Below, in pieces: positions 57,911-64,000 of a stretch of 64,000 nucleotides of DNA (the first letter of the stretch is position 1; the number at the start of each line of letters is the position of its first letter). The stretch is taken from contig JAJXWI010000007.1 of assembly GCA_021781705.1 (NCBI GenBank), positions 325 through 64,324 of the forward strand, given 5' to 3'. The DNA comes from a bacterium. Lineage in GTDB: Bacteria; Verrucomicrobiota; Lentisphaeria; Victivallales; GWF2-38-69. The notes beneath the pieces were generated by a model, which searched no databases, was not told where the DNA came from, and was given only the letters and a program-made list of their open reading frames with translations. Made by a program: the position numbers and the translations under genes.

Positions 57911-59518
57911 ATGGACAACAAAGAGATAAAGAATAACGATAAAGAAGAAAAAGATAATCCAATTCCATTTGATGATATACAAAAACAAATTCAGGATGCT
58001 TTGAAGAATCTTGGCGCAAATTCATTTGTGATTCCGATACAGGCAAAACGGGCCGGGCATGAAAATAAACCGACGGAAGAAAAACCAGAGGATAGCTCTA
58101 AGAAAGTCCTGGAAATAATTAAAAATTTCAAGCTTAAGCCAAGAGAAGTTAAAGAGTATCTCGACAGATATGTTGTAAAACAGGAAGAAGCAAAAAAGGT
58201 TCTTTCCGTGTCAGTTTGCGATCATTACAATAACGTCAGAAGATGCATGGGGAAAAATGCTGATGTTACTTTGGAATACGCTAAACAGAATATCCTGCTG
58301 TTAGGGCCTACAGGCGTGGGCAAGACCTATCTGGTAAAATGTCTGGCGAATCTTATCGGGGTTCCGTTTGTAAAAGCTGACGCCACGAAATATTCCGCTA
58401 CAGGTTATGTAGGAAGCAACGTTGAAGACCTTGTCAGGGATCTTGTTAAAATAGCTGACGGCAATGTTGAGCTTGCCCAGTACGGGATCGTCTATATTGA
58501 TGAAATAGATAAAATTGCGGCAAGTACAGTAGATAGCGGACTCGATGTTTCCGGCAAAGGCGTTCAGATAAATCTTTTAAAGTTGATGGAAGATTCTGAT
58601 GTTAACTTGCAGAGCCAGACCGACATGCTCGGGCAGTTCGAATCTGTCATGGACGCAATGCATGGCAAAGGAAAAAATAAAAAGAGTACCATAAGTACGA
58701 AAAACATTCTTTTCATAGTAAGCGGGGCTTTTGAAAATCTGTCAGATATCATTAAAAAAAGAGTCTCGGGCGCGCAGATAGGATTTGGCAAGGACGGAGC
58801 GACAGAAAAAGAAAAATCTTTTTACTTGAAACAAAGTACTACGCCGGATTTTATAAAATTTGGGTTTGAGCCTGAATTTATCGGTAGATTGCCGGTGAGA
58901 GTTGCCTGCAACGAACTCTCTGCAGAAGACCTCGAGAAGGTTATGACAAATTCTGAGGGCAGTATCCTTAAACAATATGTTCATGATTTTGAAGGATATA
59001 ATATCAAGTTTGAAGTCGACGAAGAATCGATTTCTTTTATAGCAAAGGAAGCTTATAAACAGCAGACCGGCGCCCGCGGCATAATGACTGTTATGGAAGA
59101 AATATTTAGAAATTTTAAATATGAGCTTCCTTCTGTCGGGCTTACTAATTTTAAGGCTAATATTAAAACAGTTTCTGCCCCTGAAGAGAGTCTTAAAAAG
59201 TTAATATCAGAATCAAAGGATTATCATTGCGAAGCTTTGAAAAAAGATATTATCAAATTTTGCGAACAGTTTAAGTCTGAGAACGGGATTGTGCTCATTT
59301 TTAACAAACAGGCAGAAAAGGCTCTCATAGCAGAAGCTCTTTCTACAGGAAAAACTGTTTATACTTTGTGCTGGGCAAAATTCAAAGATTATCCGTACGG
59401 ACTGAAGCTCATTTCCGGTAAAATTAAAAGTAGTACTCTCAATATTACCGCAAAAATGGTCAAGTCTCCAGAACAGGAACTTTCCAATCTTATCTCTGCA
59501 AAATATAAGAAAACATGA
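57911..59518 (+). CDS. ClpX-like AAA+ unfoldase paralog lacking the N-terminal zinc-binding domain, with a ~130-aa C-terminal extension
   Basis: [25 protein letters not shown], Walker [13 protein letters not shown], pore loop [10 protein letters not shown], Walker [11 protein letters not shown], and an IGF-like AQIGFGKDG. These are collinear with ClpX. The N-terminus is a Lys/Glu-rich segment without the C4 zinc ribbon. No clpP is adjacent. Confidence 0.7.
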   Translation: MDNKEIKNNDKEEKDNPIPFDDIQKQIQDALKNLGANSFVIPIQAKRAGHENKPTEEKPEDSSKKVLEIIKNFKLKPREVKEYLDRYVVKQEEAKKVLSVSVCDHYNNVRRCMGKNADVTLEYAKQNILLLGPTGVGKTYLVKCLANLIGVPFVKADATKYSATGYVGSNVEDLVRDLVKIADGNVELAQYGIVYIDEIDKIAASTVDSGLDVSGKGVQINLLKLMEDSDVNLQSQTDMLGQFESVMDAMHGKGKNKKSTISTKNILFIVSGAFENLSDIIKKRVSGAQIGFGKDGATEKEKSFYLKQSTTPDFIKFGFEPEFIGRLPVRVACNELSAEDLEKVMTNSEGSILKQYVHDFEGYNIKFEVDEESISFIAKEAYKQQTGARGIMTVMEEIFRNFKYELPSVGLTNFKANIKTVSAPEESLKKLISESKDYHCEALKKDIIKFCEQFKSENGIVLIFNKQAEKALIAEALSTGKTVYTLCWAKFKDYPYGLKLISGKIKSSTLNITAKMVKSPEQELSNLISAKYKKT

Positions 59519-59735
59519 CCATATTTTAGCAGACGCTTCTCCCTTTACAGTTTTCCCTAATTGTCGTATAATATCGTTTGACTAACTTTCACAAATTGGT
59601 GTAGAGATACACTAATAGGAAAACAAAAGACGTTATCTCTAAATTATGGGAGCGGATAAAATTATCGTATAGGAAATTGTATTTTGAGTCATTAAAAGTC
59701 CCGGCAAAGCCGGCTAAGTTCAAAAATTCTTTAAG

Positions 59736-62138
59736 ATGATTAATAAAATTACAAAACTCAATAAAATTGGAAAATTCTCTTCTATCAGTCAAGAGAAAGC
59801 TTTTCAATATGGCGGTAAGGGGCAAAATTGTAATATTGTTTTTGGATTTAACGGATCAGGTAAGACTACCTTATCAAACGCAATTTCATTTTTTGCTGAT
59901 AACTCATTTATCAGCGAGGAAGAAAAAAAGGAAGTATTTGACGATATAAAAAATAGCAACGATTCTTTCGTAGAATTGGATTTACAAGGCAATTCAAAAA
60001 TAAAATATCCAGCTAATAGATTACATAGCAAAAGTATTTATATTTTCAATTCTAATTTTGTAGCTACCCATGTTTTTAATGGCACAAAAGGAAAATTGAA
60101 GAAATTTTCAAACATAGGCGGCGAGATTAAAAATAAAGAAATTGACAATATCAATGAGCAAATCGGCAAACTTGATGAAGAAAAGAGAAAACTAGAGAGC
60201 GAAAATATAAATCTCGATGAAAAGCATGTAGAAATAACAAAAATTAGAAGCGCAAATTTTGGAAAAACATTAACCGATAAAAATAAAAGACTTCAAGCCC
60301 AAAATTTAAATAATGCTCAACTGCCAAATGATACTATTGAAAATTTGGAAACAGAACTTGCCACACTTTCTGCTGATTATGACTTAAGCAAGAAACATAC
60401 AGATCTAGATGTCGATCTCGGAGAATTACGACAGCTTACTTTTGGGTTATTGTCTTTGGATATTCCAAAAATAGGCGAACTTTTATCAAAGAATATCCAA
60501 CAGCTTTCAACAGAAGCTTTAGAAAGAAAGATAAAAGAGGTTCAAAATCTCTTTCCAAATGATCAACACAAGCATAGCGTCGAGAAATGGTTTAGATTTG
60601 GTAAAGATATTTTGGAAAGTACACGTGAAAGAGATAGCAAACATTGTCCAATTTGTAATACAGACATTTCGGCAAAGCTAGACTTCGTTCTGAAAGATTA
60701 TCAGGGCTATTTTGACGAAAGCTATGAAAATTTTATTGAAGAATTAAAACAGAAGATTGATGATATATCTGCGAATATTATTTCTATCGAACAATATGAA
60801 CAAAATGCAGTAAAACTAGAACAAGTACATATCAAATATGAGAAATTATTGAGAAGCTATTCTTTCGATAAATATGATTTTAAAAGTGTTAAAACAGATT
60901 TAATTGAGCTAGAAAAAATTTTAAAATCAAAAAATGATAGTGTTCAAAATGGTTTTTCAAAACCTAAAAATATTGAAAATAATATAACTGCTTTGAATAA
61001 TGCCCTGTCAGCTTTTCAGGCACTTAAGAACAATATTTTAAATCATTTAGAATCAAAGGAGTTAGATACTCATACTATTGAAGGACAGATCAGGCAGACC
61101 TATAACAAGATTATCATCTTAGAATTGAACCAAGCCGATGAATTAGATGCTTTGAGAAAATATAAAAATAACAAAGCTCGAATTGGAGTTATCGTAGATA
61201 GTAGAGAGCATGGGCTTCCTTTTTGGAAGAACAAACTGCTATCAGAGTTGAAAAAGATTAAAGCCGAATCAAAAAGCATTTCTAACTATCTCAACAAAAT
61301 GGGAATAAACCATTTTGATATTGATATCAATGAGGAAAAGCAAGATGAAAACATAATAATCAAATACAAGGACTCAGCAAGTGAAAGGAACAAACTCAAA
61401 AATTGTCTTAGTGACGGCGAAAAAACCGCACTGGCGTTTGCTTATTTTTTAAGTAAATTTGAAAATGAAATAAACCCAGAGGCAAAAATCAAAGAAGCTG
61501 TTATTGTTATTGATGATCCTATTTCAAGTCTTGATGATAACAGACTATACAGCACTGCGCACTTAATTTGGTGTAACTTTGAAGAAGTTAAACAGTTAAT
61601 CGTTTTGAGCCACAATTTCCTTTTCCTAAAATTTTTCAATTCTTTTACAGGGAAAGTAAATTGTCTGTTCATAGATCAAGAAAAAATATACGAACTTCCC
61701 GACGAATTGAAAAATTTTGAAACCCCTTATTTCTATATGCTCCGAAGTGTTATTGATTATCTTGATCAAGATAATCAAAATGTAACTTATAACGAAGCAA
61801 AAAGATATTTACCAAATTTCATACGCCGGGTTTTGGAAACATTCCTATCCTTCAAGTTTTCAAGAATAGCAAATAAGACAGACGGATATAGAAGTCCGGG
61901 GTTAAATGAATTTGATGACAATATTGATAATACGGATATGGAAGATAAAGTTAAGAAAGAATTGAAGGGAAAAATTGCTGAGATTAACCGAATTGCAAAT
62001 GATCATTCACACGGCAACGCACACCACACACAAGAGAGTTTTTACATTTCCGAAACTGATCTAAAAGCACTTGCCAAGAACGCTATTTATATAATTGAAA
62101 CAATGGATAATTTGCACAAAACTAGTTTTGTTAATTAA
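59736..62138 (+). CDS. RloC-like anticodon nuclease candidate: AAA_13-type ABC ATPase with a long coiled-coil insert carrying a CxxC hook and a PrrC-type C-terminal nuclease region
   Basis: 800 aa with Walker A GFNGSGKTT, a ~400-aa heptad-rich insert containing WFRFGKDIL...HCPICNT, ABC signature LSDGEKTALAF, Walker B AVIVIDDPISSLD, D-loop/His LIVLSHN, and a C-terminal LPNFIRRVLETFLSF (R-x3-E) plus NDHSHGNAHH, as in PrrC/RloC ACNase domains. Confidence 0.6.
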   Translation: MINKITKLNKIGKFSSISQEKAFQYGGKGQNCNIVFGFNGSGKTTLSNAISFFADNSFISEEEKKEVFDDIKNSNDSFVELDLQGNSKIKYPANRLHSKSIYIFNSNFVATHVFNGTKGKLKKFSNIGGEIKNKEIDNINEQIGKLDEEKRKLESENINLDEKHVEITKIRSANFGKTLTDKNKRLQAQNLNNAQLPNDTIENLETELATLSADYDLSKKHTDLDVDLGELRQLTFGLLSLDIPKIGELLSKNIQQLSTEALERKIKEVQNLFPNDQHKHSVEKWFRFGKDILESTRERDSKHCPICNTDISAKLDFVLKDYQGYFDESYENFIEELKQKIDDISANIISIEQYEQNAVKLEQVHIKYEKLLRSYSFDKYDFKSVKTDLIELEKILKSKNDSVQNGFSKPKNIENNITALNNALSAFQALKNNILNHLESKELDTHTIEGQIRQTYNKIIILELNQADELDALRKYKNNKARIGVIVDSREHGLPFWKNKLLSELKKIKAESKSISNYLNKMGINHFDIDINEEKQDENIIIKYKDSASERNKLKNCLSDGEKTALAFAYFLSKFENEINPEAKIKEAVIVIDDPISSLDDNRLYSTAHLIWCNFEEVKQLIVLSHNFLFLKFFNSFTGKVNCLFIDQEKIYELPDELKNFETPYFYMLRSVIDYLDQDNQNVTYNEAKRYLPNFIRRVLETFLSFKFSRIANKTDGYRSPGLNEFDDNIDNTDMEDKVKKELKGKIAEINRIANDHSHGNAHHTQESFYISETDLKALAKNAIYIIETMDNLHKTSFVN

Positions 62139-62246
62139 ATGATCACTCACATCCACCCGAACCGAACAAACAGACAAAAAACTGATGGGAATTTTCGAGC
62201 AAAAAATAAAAGAAACCATATCTAATACTATGGAGTGAATAAAATT

Positions 62247-63110
62247 ATGCCAGATCCGATAACAACAGCTTTAGCTTTAAGTGGTGCAATAGGTAGTGCA
62301 GCAAAAGTTGCAAACACACCATTATTTAAAACATTCATTGATGGAATTACTGGTTTTAAGATAAGTCAATGGGCGGCGGAAGGCGAGGTTAGAAAAAAGC
62401 TAATACTTGATGATTATGAAAAAGCAAAGAACTCTGGAATTATTGGTATTCAATATATTTCGGCACTAAGGGAACTTACTAATTTAATAAATACTGCGGT
62501 TAAATCTTCAAAATATGTAATTCCAGACAAGCCGAATGATATAAAAATGGATAATGATTTCTTCTGGAATACTATTGAACATTCTAAGAGTATCTCCAAT
62601 GAAGAAATGCAGGAATTGATAGCGAAAATTATTGCTGGCGAATACAATACACCCGGAACTTATTCGATGAGTACTTTGCAAATTATCAAAATGCTTGGGA
62701 AGAATGAGTTGGAACTATTTGAAAGAATTTGCAGTCTTCTGATTAATAAGGTTCAAATACCAGAGAAATTATTTTCCTTGTCGGACTATGATAGAGATTT
62801 CATAGTAGAACTTCAAATTGGTTTTAGCAAGTTTCAAGCATTACAGAGTTTAGGATTGTTTTTACCAAGTGACATGGGAAGAAAAATAAAAAATCCAAAG
62901 AAGGAAACATTTGAACTTACATATTTTGACAAAATTTTTTTATTTATCCACGAGAATGAGAATTACCTAGTAATAGATATTCCGAGGTTTTATGAATTAA
63001 CAATGGTAGGCAAACAAATATTGAAACATCTTAACCCGCAATATAATGATAAGTATTATGCCTGGCTGAAGGCAAACTATAAAGTCCCAAACTATAAAAT
63101 TCTCGAATAG
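62247..63110 (+). CDS. DUF2806-like protein
   Basis: The ATG at 62247 is preceded by GGAG (the ORF track uses the GTG at 62235). The central DNDFFWNTIEHSKSISNEEMQELIAKIIAGEYNTPGTYSMSTLQIIKMLGKNELELFERICSL matches my recollection of the DUF2806 core (D.dW...f...a..vSdeemq.lWakiLAGE...PG.fS.rTL..l..L...Ea..F). Confidence 0.5.
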   Translation: MPDPITTALALSGAIGSAAKVANTPLFKTFIDGITGFKISQWAAEGEVRKKLILDDYEKAKNSGIIGIQYISALRELTNLINTAVKSSKYVIPDKPNDIKMDNDFFWNTIEHSKSISNEEMQELIAKIIAGEYNTPGTYSMSTLQIIKMLGKNELELFERICSLLINKVQIPEKLFSLSDYDRDFIVELQIGFSKFQALQSLGLFLPSDMGRKIKNPKKETFELTYFDKIFLFIHENENYLVIDIPRFYELTMVGKQILKHLNPQYNDKYYAWLKANYKVPNYKILE

Positions 63111-63544
63111 TTACTGATCAAGGGATATTTGATTATTTGCCTATTGAGCCTCGGTAAAATTGGTAAAGGTGGGATCCCTCGCCGAGGGCGACGAATTGAA
63201 ATGGACGGCTACGGCGAGCCGTTCCTACCCCATTTTTCAAAAAACTCTGTTATATAGCTGGAGTAAAGAACATGGAAACAACCAAAATTGCTTTGTTTAA
63301 AAGCAAAAAGATAAAAAAGTAACCTCAAAAGATTAATAAAAATGAATGATAAAAACTGTACGTACTGCAGGATAATTTCAGGAAAGATAGAAGCGAATCT
63401 TCCCGACTTCGGCGGTAAAAAGGCAAGATTAAAGAAATCCAAGCTCAAGCTTGTGAAAAGCTCTTTTGTAGTGCCTAGCTAGTCGCAATTATTATACTTT
63501 CTTTTTATTAAATATTGCATTGCTTGTTAGTATCTGATAGATTA

Positions 63545-64000
63545 ATGGCAAAGCAAAAGGAAGATAAAATGTTTGTCAGAGTAAAAACCACGCCGAATAG
63601 TCCAAGACAATCAGTGCAGCTTGTAGAGAGCGTTCGCGATGGTCAAAAGATAAAGCAAAAGATAGTAAGGCATGTGGGGATAGCCTTTGATGAAGACGAG
63701 CTCAAGAGACTAAAAGATCTTGCTGAGTACATAAAGACGAAGATAGAAAATGAAAGGGAGCCTTCATTGTTTCGATCCGAAGACTTAGCTGAAATGGCCA
63801 TAAAAAGTAGAGACAAGAAAGAAGAAGTTCCTGATAATGTAAAGCTTAAAGAAGTTGAAGCCGTTCAGGAGGTAATAACAGGAATACACGATATTTACGG
63901 GCAAGTATATAAAGAAATAGGCTTTGAACAGGCGATATCAAGACCGGCCTCGCATGAGAATGCTTTGAAGAAGCTTTATCACATTGTTATGGGAAGGATA
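63545..64000 (+). mobile_element. IS1634-family (IS4-like) transposase gene, 5' part; runs off the right edge
   Basis: Open to the window end, so absent from the ORF track. MAKQKEDKMFVRVKTTPNSPRQSVQLVESVRDGQKIKQKIVRHVGIAFDEDELKRLKDL... resembles the conserved IS1634 N-terminus (MF.R.k.....y.qiVESyR..GKvrQ..v..lG). IS ends are not identifiable within the window. Confidence 0.5.

Noticed and set aside
59589-59825. 78-aa minus-strand ORF overlapping the RloC-like gene start
   Set aside because: It is AT-rich and low-complexity, and it overlaps the well-supported Walker-A-containing N-terminus on the opposite strand.
63171-63202. Possible CRISPR array
   Set aside because: Only a single repeat-like unit (a hairpin plus ATTGAAAT) is present. 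I saw no second copy at spacer distance and no cas genes in the window. It is kept only as a low-interest finding.

Overview
This is an AT-rich chromosomal segment from a diderm, probably anaerobic bacterium. Evidence for that is the KDO/Lpt/heptose LPS genes, the Hdr/Mvh-type [NiFe] hydrogenase and the GGGtGRT/NifU pair. I cannot name the lineage from sequence alone. Most of the window is housekeeping: metH (open at the left edge), rlmB, glgB, tRNA-Arg(CCG), hldD, ftsH, adk, map-infA-rpmJ-rpsM-rpsK-rpsD-rpoA-rplQ, kdsB-kdsA-kdsC-lptC-lptA-lptB-hpf, mazG, cimA, rsmD-coaD-yceD-rpmF-plsX-fabH, and a SurA-like PPIase. Four parts stand out. (1) A 13-gene minus-strand string (22.2-35.9 kb) has an HdrA-MvhD-MvhG-MvhA hydrogenase module plus a TusA-like gene sitting between a CheW gene and the rest of a Wsp-like chemosensory system (MCP, CheA-REC, CheB, CheW, CheR-TPR, REC-GGDEF). 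(2) At the right end, an RloC-like anticodon-nuclease ATPase and a DUF2806-like protein are followed by gene fragments and an IS1634-like transposase that runs off the window. This looks like a small defence or mobile island. (3) A decaying ~3.5 kb segment with three frameshifted genes is wedged between adk and map. (4) Several conserved-unknown or atypical genes are present: the GGGtGRT + NifU-like pair, a ClpX paralog without a zinc-binding domain, a GGQ RF-domain protein, and an AT-rich islet of small ORFs between yggS and kdsB. I saw no rRNA genes and no CRISPR array. All product calls come from reading the translations for family motifs and gene order. No database search was run.
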